From: an uncultured Gammaproteobacteria bacterium
GTDB lineage: Bacteria; Patescibacteriota; Microgenomatia; 2-02-FULL-39-11
Assembly (NCBI GenBank): GCA_964354025.1
Contig: CAYGXQ010000006.1
Location: 1-56,696 of the forward strand
DNA: 56,696 nucleotides
Reading direction: 5' to 3'
Both the position numbers and the translations under genes were made by a program. This document shows positions 37,474 to 47,248 of the stretch, piece by piece. Every line of letters begins with the position of its first letter. Position 1 is the stretch's first letter. Under the pieces are notes generated by a model that was given only the letters and a program-made list of their open reading frames with translations, was not told the DNA's origin and did no database searches.

Positions 37474-37869
37474 TTATTTGTTCAAATAAGTAATTGTTAT
37501 TTGTAATACTGTTGCAAACGAAATCCACAACAAATACGGGATATTCACATACACTATCCAACGGGTACGGGACCAAATAACAACAAAAGCCCAGATAATG
37601 GTCAGAAGGACTGCTAATATATCAATTGCCGCAAGAAAATTATTCCTTAGACCAAACTGAAGCGGAGTAAAAGCAAAATTAAAAATGAGGTTCAGGATAA
37701 ATGGTATAACAATTATCCATGGTAGTTTTCCTGAAAAAGCTCTATAAAATACCGAACCGAAACTAACAGCAATAATCGTATAAAGAATCGTCCATACCGG
37801 CCCGAAAAGCCAAGATGGTGGAGACCATGATGGTTTAATTAGTTGCGAATACCAATTGTATGTGTCCAT
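37474..37869 (-). CDS. tspO: TspO/MBR tryptophan-rich sensory protein
   Basis: WYSQLIKPSWSPPSWLFGPVWTILY, PYLLWISFA. Confidence 0.92.
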   Translation of the reverse strand: MDTYNWYSQLIKPSWSPPSWLFGPVWTILYTIIAVSFGSVFYRAFSGKLPWIIVIPFILNLIFNFAFTPLQFGLRNNFLAAIDILAVLLTIIWAFVVIWSRTRWIVYVNIPYLLWISFATVLQITITYLNK

Positions 37870-37893
37870 ATTCTATATTATTAATTCTCAAAA

Positions 37894-38313
37894 TTATTTC
37901 TTTTCTAACAACCCTGTACAACGCCAGTTGATCTCGGCTGTTTTTGTTTCCTCACTCACAACACAAGCCGGATTACATCCATTGCGGGTAGCATTCAGAT
38001 TTGCGTCAAACCACCAGGTTTTGGAGTTCCCGTTATAAATACCAGGTCCTAAGGCTTCACCCCCTTTGATGCATGATTTTTCGGCAATTATCCTTGCCTC
38101 TGTCTCAGAAATTATACTGTTTATTTTCGGACAAGGAGCGAATTCGCAATGATCTCCTGTACGGCCTATAGTTGATCCATCAGGACAAATCTTTGCCTCA
38201 GAAGTACAGACTATTTCATGGTGAGTTAATTTGAATCTGTATGTACCTAATGTACCTAGACTGATTAAAAGGAAAATAATTACCAATAATGTTGGTAGAA
38301 TTATATTTTTCAT
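37894..38313 (-). CDS. Membrane-anchored Cys-rich protein
   Basis: CTSEAKICPDGS.GR.G..CEFAPCP and GCNPACVV...EINWRCTG modules. Confidence 0.75.
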   Translation of the reverse strand: MKNIILPTLLVIIFLLISLGTLGTYRFKLTHHEIVCTSEAKICPDGSTIGRTGDHCEFAPCPKINSIISETEARIIAEKSCIKGGEALGPGIYNGNSKTWWFDANLNATRNGCNPACVVSEETKTAEINWRCTGLLEKK

Positions 38314-38353
38314 TATTTTTATTATACATTATCTACCAAAACTCTCTACAATC

Positions 38354-38505
38354 TAGAAGTCATCTCAAAACCTACGGATACAGCTTGTCATTGCGAGCGA
38401 AACGCAGTATAGCGAAGCAATCTCGTTCGTTAGCGGGATTGCCACGTCCCCGCCAGCTGGCGGGTCCTCGCAATGACATGAAACAACGTTTTGAGATAGC
38501 TTCTA
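38354..38505. mobile_element. MITE with 18-bp TIR carrying a nested GTCATTGCGAG...CTCGCAATGAC palindrome
   Basis: TAGAAGTCATCTCAAAAC / GTTTTGAGATAGCTTCTA (16/18); inner element 38386-38478. Confidence 0.75.
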
Positions 38506-38597
38506 ATCTTACTTCTCACCTTTTCAGTCCGCCGGTTGGCGGATTCGTACACGGTTCGAAGAGCGATTTTAGGAGGACTCCGCTGACTTAGTATTTA

Positions 38598-41303
38598 TTA
38601 ACTAGGCATTTGTGGATAATGACAGTGCTTGAACTTCTTGGGAGTACCATCAGGTTTCGTCGCTCCGCACCAGCAGGGATCATTCCTGCCTAATTTAATG
38701 TTTTGTTGTTTATTGTTAGTTGTTTGTTGTTTACTAATCTGCTGCTGGGCAGACCGGGTGATTGTTGTCTGCTCCTGCTGCGGTAATGACTGCGCCTGGT
38801 TGGGAGAAAGCTGGACCTGGACTTTAAAAATCCGGTGGACTATTTCGTTATCGACGGCTGACACCAACCTTTCAAACATGGAGAAGGCTTCGTGTTTGTA
38901 CTCAACCAGCGGATCAAGCTGACCGTAACCTCTAAGTCCTATCCCCTCCCGTAAGTCATCGATGGCGTCCAGATGATCCATCCATAAGTTATCAACGACA
39001 GACAAGACTACCCATTTTTCTATTTGCCTGGCAATCTGGTCGCCCATCTGTTTCTCCCTCTGCTGGTAAGTGTCATTAACAACTTTCAACAAAAACTCGG
39101 TCACTTCATCTATGCTTTTCCTTTGCTCCAGATTTTGGAGAATCTGCTGTTGTGAATTCTGTTCAAAAGGAATAATAGTCACCAATTCCTGAAGAATTTT
39201 CGCTTTCTCGCCGGCAGTCAAACCGCTGGCGCTATAAATATTAACCAATATCCTGATCTGGTTTTCCAATTTTTCCATCACCAGACTTTTCAGGTCTTCT
39301 CCGGCAACCACTTCGCGACGAAGCTTGTAGATAATCTCCCGTTGTTTGTTGATGACATCATCATATTCCACCAGATGTTTACGGGAGTCAAAATGAAAAC
39401 CTTCCACTTTCACCTGCGCCTGCTCAATGGCCCGACTAACCATTCCGTGTTCCAAAGGCACATTTTCCGGGAGTTTAAAGATCGACATCAGATGCGCTAC
39501 CTGGTCGCCGCCAAAAAGCCTCATAATTTCATCATCAAGCGCCACAAAAAAACGGCTGCTGCCGGGATCACCCTGCCGGCCGCTTCGACCGCGAAGCTGG
39601 TTATCTATCCGACGGGATTCATGCCTTTCAGTACCGATGACATGTAAACCTCCCGCTTTAATAACATCTTCGTGGTTTTTCTGCCATTCTTTTTTCAGTG
39701 TTTCAAAAGATTTTTTATTCGGGTCACTTTTTTCATACTTACTTGGCGGGACTCCTCCTAAAATAATATCGACTCCCCGACCGGCCATGTTGGTTGCTAC
39801 CGTCACTGCACCAAGTTTGCCGGCATTGGTGATAATAACGGCTTCCTTTTCATGGTTCTTGGCATTTAAGATTTGGTGTGGAACACCTTTTCTCTTAAGG
39901 AATTCCGAAAGAATTTCGTTTTTCTCAATCGATGTCGTTCCGACTAAAACCGGCTGTTTCCTTTTGTAGCAATCGGCTATTTCTTCAACCACCGCCGCAA
40001 ATTTTGCCCGCATCGTCTTATAAACTAAATCAGCTTTATCAATCCTTATCATCGGCCGGTGGGTAGGAATCATCATGACGTCAAGGTTGTAAATCTTATG
40101 GAATTCTTCCGCTTCTGTTGATGCCGTCCCGGTCATGCCGGCCAATTTTTCGTACATCCGGAAATAATTCTGCAGAGAGACTGTCGCCAAAGTCCTTGAT
40201 TCCTGTTGAATAGATACATTCTCCTTGGCCTCAATTGCCTGATGCAGACCTTCGGAAAAACGCCGTCCTGTAAGCATCCTGCCGGTAAACTCATCAACAA
40301 TGACTACCTGTCCGTCTTTAACGACATATTCTTTATCCCGGTAAAATAGAGTTTGTGCTTTCAAAGCGGCTTCGATATGATGGACGGTGGCAAAGTCTTT
40401 TTCATAAAGATTTTCCACTCCGAGCATTTTCTCTACTTTCAAAATTCCGTGCTCAGTCAGATGAGCGGTATGCATTTTCTCATCAACGACAAAATCGGTT
40501 TCCTTATTCAGTTTACCGACAATATTTGAGTATTCATAATATTTTTTGGTCGGCTCGGTATCCGGGGCAGAAATGATGTGTGGGGTTCTGGCTTCATCAA
40601 TCAAAACTGAGTCAACTTCATCAACAATCGCATAGTGGAAACCCCGCTGAACCAGCTGGGATTTTTCGGAAACCATGTTATCGCGCAAATAATCAAAACC
40701 GAATTCACTATTAATGCCATAAGTCACATCAACCAGATAAGCTTCTTTTCGAGGAATCGGCTTCAGGTGCATTAGTCGCCAGTCGGAAACTTCTTTGTTT
40801 TCATACTCCGGATCATATATGAAGGATTGGTCGGAAATCATGGCAGATGTCTTCATGCCCAACAGATGGAAAATCGGCCCCATCCAACCGCAGTCACGAC
40901 GAGCCAGGTAATCGTTTACCGTCACTAGGTGAGTCCCCCGGCCAGTCAAGGCATTCAGGTATAAAGCGGGAATAGCGGAGAGAGTTTTCCCTTCGCCGGT
41001 TTTTTGCTCGGCAACCGCTCCATGGTGAAGGATTATCGCCGCAATCAACTGAACGTCAAAATGCCGCTCACCAATGGTTCGAAAAGCAGCTTCCCGAACC
41101 AGGGCAAAAGCTTCAGGTAGAAGTTCATCCAAAGTCATGCCTTTTTGGAGATCAGTCTTAAATTGGGCTGTCTTTTGGACAAACTCATCATTCTTCAGTT
41201 TTTTTATTTTCTCCTCCAGCTGATTTATTTGTTCCACTAAAGGCCTGATCTTATCCAGTTCTTTTTCATTGGCGTTAAATAATTTGCTGATAAATTTAAA
41301 CAT
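38598..41303 (-). CDS. secA: Protein translocase SecA
   Basis: KTGEGKT, DEVD, NMAGRG, RIDNQLRGRSGRQGDPG, GRNDPCWCG. Confidence 0.98.
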   Translation of the reverse strand: MFKFISKLFNANEKELDKIRPLVEQINQLEEKIKKLKNDEFVQKTAQFKTDLQKGMTLDELLPEAFALVREAAFRTIGERHFDVQLIAAIILHHGAVAEQKTGEGKTLSAIPALYLNALTGRGTHLVTVNDYLARRDCGWMGPIFHLLGMKTSAMISDQSFIYDPEYENKEVSDWRLMHLKPIPRKEAYLVDVTYGINSEFGFDYLRDNMVSEKSQLVQRGFHYAIVDEVDSVLIDEARTPHIISAPDTEPTKKYYEYSNIVGKLNKETDFVVDEKMHTAHLTEHGILKVEKMLGVENLYEKDFATVHHIEAALKAQTLFYRDKEYVVKDGQVVIVDEFTGRMLTGRRFSEGLHQAIEAKENVSIQQESRTLATVSLQNYFRMYEKLAGMTGTASTEAEEFHKIYNLDVMMIPTHRPMIRIDKADLVYKTMRAKFAAVVEEIADCYKRKQPVLVGTTSIEKNEILSEFLKRKGVPHQILNAKNHEKEAVIITNAGKLGAVTVATNMAGRGVDIILGGVPPSKYEKSDPNKKSFETLKKEWQKNHEDVIKAGGLHVIGTERHESRRIDNQLRGRSGRQGDPGSSRFFVALDDEIMRLFGGDQVAHLMSIFKLPENVPLEHGMVSRAIEQAQVKVEGFHFDSRKHLVEYDDVINKQREIIYKLRREVVAGEDLKSLVMEKLENQIRILVNIYSASGLTAGEKAKILQELVTIIPFEQNSQQQILQNLEQRKSIDEVTEFLLKVVNDTYQQREKQMGDQIARQIEKWVVLSVVDNLWMDHLDAIDDLREGIGLRGYGQLDPLVEYKHEAFSMFERLVSAVDNEIVHRIFKVQVQLSPNQAQSLPQQEQTTITRSAQQQISKQQTTNNKQQNIKLGRNDPCWCGATKPDGTPKKFKHCHYPQMPS

Positions 41304-41471
41304 CGGAAGATAATTGTATCACTTTTTATAACATTTTTTCAGTCCTAATAATATATTAATATAATTATTAATTTCGTAATTAAACTGTCACCATAATCTA
41401 TCTAAAAAAATAGCTTGACAAGACTACAAAACACCGTATCATGATTACTATGCACGTTTTTTTGATCAAAC

Positions 41472-42938
41472 ATGACCCATTCTGAAACCGCCCTTTTGAC
41501 TACGCCCATTAATAATTTCCCAGAGCTGGAAAACGTTACCCCCCCGGAACTCAAATTACCGCCGATAAAAGTCAACGGTGTCGCCAAAATTTCCGCCCAA
41601 CCGCAAGATTACGGTATCCAGGTTAAAATAAATAATAAAACCATCCGTTTGCGTTATCCTCCCGGACTTTGGCAAAGGTTTCCTAAAACCCACCGCAAAA
41701 TCCTGGCCCAAAATATCGCTTTCGGGCTAACCTTCCACCTACCTTATCTTTTTACATCATTGAAGCGGATGTTATATAATCTGCCGGTCCCGCTTTCAGA
41801 GTCTTTCTTTTTTAAGGGTTTGTCTCTTGCTCTTCCATCAACGGCAATCATGCAAAAGCAAAAAGAAAAAAGGATTACTTCTGACCTTCTCCGGCGTCTT
41901 TTTGATGTTGAGTTTGTCTATTCCAATAAAAAAACCGATATCCCTCCGTATAACCGCACCAGTATGTCCGACCACGCGGTCATGCCTTTTACTTTCGGCA
42001 AAGACAGTCTTTTAACTTTTGCTCTGGCGAAAGAGCTGGGAGTAACAGTCCATCCGGTTTACATCTCCGAGCCTTATTCTCCTTACGAAGAATTTACTAA
42101 AAAATTACTGGCTGAACCTTTTAAAAAAGAATTCCATACCAAAATTTCATTCCTTAGAAACACCCTGGGAATATTGCGTGAACCGGCCGGCGGCTGGTTT
42201 GGCTGGGAACTGCAATTGACCCAATACTCTCTTATGCTTCTTCCTTATGTTTATGCGAAAAAAGCCGGTTATATCCTCTTTTCCAATGAGCAGAGTTGCG
42301 ACGATTCGATCATTGACGGAGATGGTTTCCGCTGTAATCCGGTTTTTGAACAGTCGCACAGCTGGCTTCTCCAAAATTCACTGATGACCAGTATCATCGG
42401 CGGCAACTCTCTTTCCATCGGTTCGCTGCTTGAACCGATCCACGAAATTGCCATTGAGAGGATTCTCCACCGGCGATATCCGCAAATCGGCAAATACCAA
42501 AGTTCCTGTGACCTGCCGAAAAAGCCGAAAAGCGACGGCCGCTGGTGCGAAAACTGCAGCAAATGCGCCCGAATGTATATCTTTCTTCTGGGCAACGGCG
42601 TTGATCCGAAAACCGTCGGTTTCAGACACAATATGTTAAAAGGCAAATACCATCACCTGTATACGATTTTCTCTTCCAATCGGGTAAGAGATTTCGGTTA
42701 CGACCAAAGCGCTGCCGGTCACGAAGAACAGATTTTAGCTTTTCTTTTAGCTTATAAAAACAACCATAAGGGACCGGTCATGCAGTCTTTTGTCAAACAT
42801 TATCTGAATTCTGCGAAAAAAAATGAAAAAAGGCTGCGGCAAAAATATTTCGGCCTGCACTCCAGCAAAACTGTCCCTCATGACCTAAAAGAAAAGATTT
42901 TGCGGATTTTCAAAAACGAACTCAAAGATATGGTGTAA
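41472..42938 (+). CDS. MurL-like (PP-loop-type) protein, paralogue 1
   Basis: GKDSL, SNEQS, SSC, WCENCSKC. Confidence 0.6.
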   Translation: MTHSETALLTTPINNFPELENVTPPELKLPPIKVNGVAKISAQPQDYGIQVKINNKTIRLRYPPGLWQRFPKTHRKILAQNIAFGLTFHLPYLFTSLKRMLYNLPVPLSESFFFKGLSLALPSTAIMQKQKEKRITSDLLRRLFDVEFVYSNKKTDIPPYNRTSMSDHAVMPFTFGKDSLLTFALAKELGVTVHPVYISEPYSPYEEFTKKLLAEPFKKEFHTKISFLRNTLGILREPAGGWFGWELQLTQYSLMLLPYVYAKKAGYILFSNEQSCDDSIIDGDGFRCNPVFEQSHSWLLQNSLMTSIIGGNSLSIGSLLEPIHEIAIERILHRRYPQIGKYQSSCDLPKKPKSDGRWCENCSKCARMYIFLLGNGVDPKTVGFRHNMLKGKYHHLYTIFSSNRVRDFGYDQSAAGHEEQILAFLLAYKNNHKGPVMQSFVKHYLNSAKKNEKRLRQKYFGLHSSKTVPHDLKEKILRIFKNELKDMV

Positions 42939-44298
42939 GTTCCTCTTTCAACTTGCTTAACTCACTTTGATAGATGGTCGTGATTTTTTTCAATAATTCT
43001 TGCGGAATTGTTTTAGATGGATAAATGCGGAAATATTTCGCGTAAATTTTTCTTATTATTTTCTCCGTATGAAGAAGATACTTCGACTTAAAAACCTTCA
43101 TAATTTTCCCCTTGACTCCTCTTTTGTAGGCAAGGTAAAAAGCCAGTAACCGTTCGGCATAATGGCTGTCTTTGATTATTTCTTCGTCGCCCGGCCATTT
43201 TTCGTGAAGGATGCTAAATAATTTAATGTCATTCGTATTTAACATATTTTCGGAAAATCCTACCGTCTCCGGTTTGACACCCAGCGCTTTCAAAAAGAGA
43301 TAAACGCGGGCACATTCATAACAGGCACAACACCATCTCTGTTTCTCTGCTTTCCGGTGTTCGTTAAGACAGGAAAGCTGGTATTTACCTATCTGCGGAT
43401 AGCGTTTATGGAGTATGTATAAAATGACTATTTCCTGAAGCGGTTCCAATATGCTGCTGAGTACCGTCGGTAAAGAAAACATTCGGAGCAGATTATTCAT
43501 TTGTTGTGTCCAACCGTAATTCTGTTCAAAGGAGACGTTAACCCGGTAACCTTCCCTGTCAAAAACAACTTCATTAGTACTTTGCTCGTTGGACCAGAAA
43601 AAATATTCTGTTTTGGAAAAATAAACATAGGGGAGCAAGAGAAGCGTATATTGCATAAGAAGCATATCCCAGCCCCACTGGGTGACATTATTTTGCCGCA
43701 ACTTTCCAAGCTCAAGCGGAAAAACAATAACCTCGCTTCTGAATTCTTTTACGAACTCTCCAATCAATCGGCTTTTATTGATGTTTTCAAAAGCGCAGGA
43801 AGGCTCTGCCAGATAATAGTTTTGGATTTTATAACCCAATTCGCGACATATTGCATAGGTCAAAAGACTATCTTTGCCCAAACTGAAAGGGATAACTGCG
43901 GTTTTTGGTTCACTTTTAGGGATCGGGGCGGAGTATCCTTTCGATACTCCGGAAAAAGAGATTTGGTAGCCGCTGTTAAAGAAATTTTTGAGAAGATTTG
44001 AAGACTTATACCCTTTTTCCGGATCTTTGACGCTGAGTTCCGGCACGGAATAAAACAAGCCCTGAAAAAATAGGTTGTTGGCCAGTGGTGGAGGAAATAA
44101 ATAATTGATCGTTCCTTTTTTAAAGAATGATAAATGAACCGTAAAAAAATAGGCGGCTGACTCGGCCAACTGTTCCTTTAAGGCTTGAGGAAAATTCTGC
44201 CAAACTTTTTGGGGGTAACCGGTTTCGTATGTCTTTCCATCAACTATAACAGAAAATCCGTTGGAAAGAATTTTTGTGAAGACTTTTACATCGCTCAT
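42922..44298 (-). CDS. MurL-like (PP-loop-type) protein, paralogue 2
   Basis: GKDSL, SNEQS, LSC, WCCACYEC; clearly homologous to 41472-42938. Confidence 0.6.
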   Translation of the reverse strand: MSDVKVFTKILSNGFSVIVDGKTYETGYPQKVWQNFPQALKEQLAESAAYFFTVHLSFFKKGTINYLFPPPLANNLFFQGLFYSVPELSVKDPEKGYKSSNLLKNFFNSGYQISFSGVSKGYSAPIPKSEPKTAVIPFSLGKDSLLTYAICRELGYKIQNYYLAEPSCAFENINKSRLIGEFVKEFRSEVIVFPLELGKLRQNNVTQWGWDMLLMQYTLLLLPYVYFSKTEYFFWSNEQSTNEVVFDREGYRVNVSFEQNYGWTQQMNNLLRMFSLPTVLSSILEPLQEIVILYILHKRYPQIGKYQLSCLNEHRKAEKQRWCCACYECARVYLFLKALGVKPETVGFSENMLNTNDIKLFSILHEKWPGDEEIIKDSHYAERLLAFYLAYKRGVKGKIMKVFKSKYLLHTEKIIRKIYAKYFRIYPSKTIPQELLKKITTIYQSELSKLKEELTPYL

Positions 44299-44299
44299 C

Positions 44300-44866
44300 T
44301 TATAACCCCAACTCTTGGCTTTCTCCTTGCATTGCTTTTAAGGCCATGCCGATAAAATCCGGCAGTTTAATCCCCAGTTTTTCCCCGCAAAGAGCAATTT
44401 GCTCCCGGCTAGCGCCGGCGGCAAAACCTTTGTTATTCCATTTTTTCTGGACCGACTCAACGGTTACTGATAATAACTTTTTGTCGGGACGAACCAATGT
44501 TACTGCCACAATCAGTCCCGTCAGTTCATCACAGCAGTAAAGCGACCATTCCATATTGTTTTTCGGTTCCGGACAACTTTCAACATATTTCCATCCGTGG
44601 GCATAAATGGCATTGATAATATTTTCACCAACGCCTTCTGTTTTTAACCAGGAAACAACTGTCACCACATGTTTTGAAGGGTCATTTTTGGTCAGTTCGT
44701 AATCGGCATCATGCAAAAGTCCGGCGATCCCCCAGGCTTCCTCATCTTCCTTGAAATGCTTGGCAAGCGCTCTCATGACTGCTTCCACCGCATAACAATG
44801 CCGTCTCAAGTTCTGATTTTGCATATGCTTATGAAGCAGATCAAGAGCCTGTTGTCTGTTGTACAT
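44300..44866 (-). CDS. HD-domain hydrolase (HDIG-type)
   Basis: RHC..VEAVM, GLLHDADY, DELTG. Confidence 0.87.
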   Translation of the reverse strand: MYNRQQALDLLHKHMQNQNLRRHCYAVEAVMRALAKHFKEDEEAWGIAGLLHDADYELTKNDPSKHVVTVVSWLKTEGVGENIINAIYAHGWKYVESCPEPKNNMEWSLYCCDELTGLIVAVTLVRPDKKLLSVTVESVQKKWNNKGFAAGASREQIALCGEKLGIKLPDFIGMALKAMQGESQELGL

Positions 44867-46421
44867 TTTTAAACCTTTCTATAATAAATTTTTTATCCTG
44901 ATCCAATAAAAACCAGGCGGCTTTCGGCCCGTGAGTTTTTCCAATTAGAGACAGGTATATTGCGGCAAAGGCCTCTTTCACCGGAATATTCTTTTTTTTG
45001 GACAATTGATAAAGTTCCTGCTGCAACTCCCCTGCCTGCCAGTCTTTTTTCTCCAAAAGTATACCAACCCCGGATAAATATTCTTTCTGTGGAGCGTTTA
45101 AATTGCCTGCTTCTTCCGGAATATCTTTATTAACCGCATACACAATATCGGAGGGAGCAAAATTCGCAAGCCAAACTTTGGCGTATTTTTCCCTTTCGTG
45201 CAAAATATCCAATTCGGCGGGTAGTAATTTTTCCCCTTTAATCCCGGTAAATTTCTGCACCAGATCTACATTGGCAAGCTGCAGATAATTGGCTACATCG
45301 CGGAATCTGGGCAAAAAGACCGGCTTTTTGGGCGGCAATTTATTAATTTGCGACATAACATACGCGCTGGATAAGTTTTCGTCGGAACCCGTGATGTAGG
45401 CGTTCCAACAGCGGTCATACTCGTCAAAAAGATCAGGGATAGCCATCGTCTCCACCGGATCAAATTCGATTGCCTGACGGTAATCCGTCCGGGTAAAAAG
45501 AAACCTGCCGATTTCCGCGGGTATTAATTTGGTCAAATCGCGCGCTTTCAATCCCAAGCCTTTTGAGGAGGACATCTTTTTACCGCCGATAAGGAAAAAT
45601 TCATAAGGTAGATTATATGGGTTAGGAATATGAAAAACCTCCTCACAGAGTGCTTTTGCAATATCCCTGGAACCGCCGGCTGAGGAATGATCTTTACCGG
45701 CTCCCTCAACAGTGACTCCCATCACTTTCCAATGCGCCGCCCAATCCACTTTCCACGGCAGTTTACCGTTACCGTCAAATGGACTCATCTCACCGGTATA
45801 ACCACAACCTTTAGCCCAAGTGACCATTGACGGTTCACATGTATATTTAACGGTTTTGCCGTTCCATCCGTGCACTCTGGTCGTGCCTAATTTTTGGCAT
45901 TTTTCGCAGGTAACCTGAAGCGGCAGCCAACCCTTCTCCCTTTTCCTGCTGCCGCTGACCTTTTGGTAAATATCCTGGATTTTCTCGGCGCTGTCCAAAG
46001 CTTCCCTGATGACACCGTTGAATTTACCTTCGTGGTACATATCCCACGAGGAAAAAAACTGTGCCGCCACACCCAGACTACGCAAAACTTTCTGAAAATC
46101 AGCCGTAAAATACTCACCGAAACTCTTATAACCCTCCTCCGGAGAAGGCGCCAAACGAAGAGAATATCCCAAGTATTGGGAGAATTTATCTGCCAGTTCC
46201 GGTGGGAGTCCGTCTATCGGATCAAAGTCATTTAAAACATAAGTCGATTTCACGGAAACGCCTTCCGCCAAGAGCGCCCGAAAGACCAGGTCATGAACCA
46301 ACGGCCCGCGAAGCGAACCGGTATGGGCAAAGCCGCTCGGTGTAAACATGTCATCCACCCAAAAGGGCTGATATTTTCCGCTTTTAATGATCTCTTTAGC
46401 GACTTTGTTTGCCCAAAACAT
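44841..46421 (-). CDS. lysS: Lysyl-tRNA synthetase, class I
   Basis: TPSGFAHTG, KLPWKVDW, GKDH, KMSSSKG, GPK. Confidence 0.95.
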   Translation of the reverse strand: MFWANKVAKEIIKSGKYQPFWVDDMFTPSGFAHTGSLRGPLVHDLVFRALLAEGVSVKSTYVLNDFDPIDGLPPELADKFSQYLGYSLRLAPSPEEGYKSFGEYFTADFQKVLRSLGVAAQFFSSWDMYHEGKFNGVIREALDSAEKIQDIYQKVSGSRKREKGWLPLQVTCEKCQKLGTTRVHGWNGKTVKYTCEPSMVTWAKGCGYTGEMSPFDGNGKLPWKVDWAAHWKVMGVTVEGAGKDHSSAGGSRDIAKALCEEVFHIPNPYNLPYEFFLIGGKKMSSSKGLGLKARDLTKLIPAEIGRFLFTRTDYRQAIEFDPVETMAIPDLFDEYDRCWNAYITGSDENLSSAYVMSQINKLPPKKPVFLPRFRDVANYLQLANVDLVQKFTGIKGEKLLPAELDILHEREKYAKVWLANFAPSDIVYAVNKDIPEEAGNLNAPQKEYLSGVGILLEKKDWQAGELQQELYQLSKKKNIPVKEAFAAIYLSLIGKTHGPKAAWFLLDQDKKFIIERFKNVQQTTGS

Positions 46422-46435
46422 AATTCTATTATAAC

Positions 46436-46459
46436 AAAAACCCCGCCTTGGCGGGGTTT
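46436..46459 (-). terminator. greA terminator
   Basis: AAACCCCGCC-aa-GGCGGGGTTTTT. Confidence 0.75.
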
Positions 46460-46481
46460 GGTTGTTGTTAAATTTTTTTAT

Positions 46482-46946
46482 TTACTCAATATTTATTATT
46501 TTGTAGTGTATCTTCCCCGCCGGCGCTTCCACTTCCACTTTTTCGCCCACCTTTTTGCCAAGCAATGCCTTACCCAAAGGTGAAGAGTGGGAGATTTTCT
46601 TTTGCATGGGATCGGCCTCCCATTCACCGACAATGGTGAAGGATTCTTTTTTGCCGTTTATATGGACAGTGACTTTACAACCAACGTCAACTTTAGCTTT
46701 GGAATGAACCGTAATTACCTTGGCTTCATGAAGAACCTGTTCAAGCTCGGCAATCCGGCCATCCATAAAAGCCAAATCCTGTTTGGCGGCCGTGTATTCG
46801 CTGTTTTCCGTCAAATCGCCCTGGCCGCGGGCTACCGCCAGCCGGTTGACGGCTTCCGGCCTCTTTTTATTCACCAGATTGTCATATTCCTCTTTAAGCT
46901 GTTGCAACCCTTCACGGGTCACCAGTATCTTTTGTTGATCAGTCAT
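46482..46946 (-). CDS. greA: Transcription elongation factor GreA
   Basis: GDLTENSEY, IVG..EAD, SPLGKAL, PAG. Confidence 0.96.
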   Translation of the reverse strand: MTDQQKILVTREGLQQLKEEYDNLVNKKRPEAVNRLAVARGQGDLTENSEYTAAKQDLAFMDGRIAELEQVLHEAKVITVHSKAKVDVGCKVTVHINGKKESFTIVGEWEADPMQKKISHSSPLGKALLGKKVGEKVEVEAPAGKIHYKIINIE

Positions 46947-47035
46947 ATGCTTATCTTTTAATAAAAAAATCCCCCTTTTTATTAATTGTTCTTGGGGAAG
47001 AAATCAGGCAGATTTCTGCTTCTTAATACCCAGTA

Positions 47036-47064
47036 AATATACTCTTTCGAAAACTTATTGTCAA
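47036..47064 (-). promoter_or_regulatory. greA sigma70 promoter
   Basis: TTGACA-17-TATATT. Confidence 0.65.
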
Positions 47065-47097
47065 TATCCTATAGCTACGATATAATGCTAAATAAAG

Positions 47098-47171
47098 GCC
47101 CCCATCGTCTAGCGGCCTAGGACGATACCTTCTCAAGGTATAGATCGTCGGTTCGAATCCGACTGGGGGTA
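47098..47171 (+). tRNA. tRNA-Glu (anticodon CTC); CCA not encoded
   Basis: Acceptor GCCCCCA/TGGGGGT; anticodon arm ATACC-TTCTCAA-GGTAT; T arm GTCGG-TTCGAAT-CCGAC; TATAAT at 47081. Confidence 0.93.
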
Positions 47172-47182
47172 CTAAAAAAATC

Positions 47183-47244
47183 ACCGGCCTGCCCCGTGGA
47201 TTGCGAAGCAATTTTTCGGGGTTCGATTCCGGTACGCGCTACCA
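47183..47244 (+). pseudogene. 3' fragment of a second tRNA interrupted by a 34-nt palindromic insert
   Basis: ACCGG[47188-47221]TTCGATT-CCGGT-ACGCGCT-A-CCA. Confidence 0.65.
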
Positions 47245-47248
47245 ACAT

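Noticed and set aside
38289-38591. 100-aa ORF containing SLRAKRS..QS
   Set aside because: Translation of palindromic repeats, a common spurious ORF.
39342-40576. Antisense ORFs within secA (and similar shadow ORFs elsewhere)
   Set aside because: Opposite-strand shadows of well-supported genes.
47023-47211. 62-aa ORF containing PPVGFEPT
   Set aside because: Antisense translation of the tRNA.
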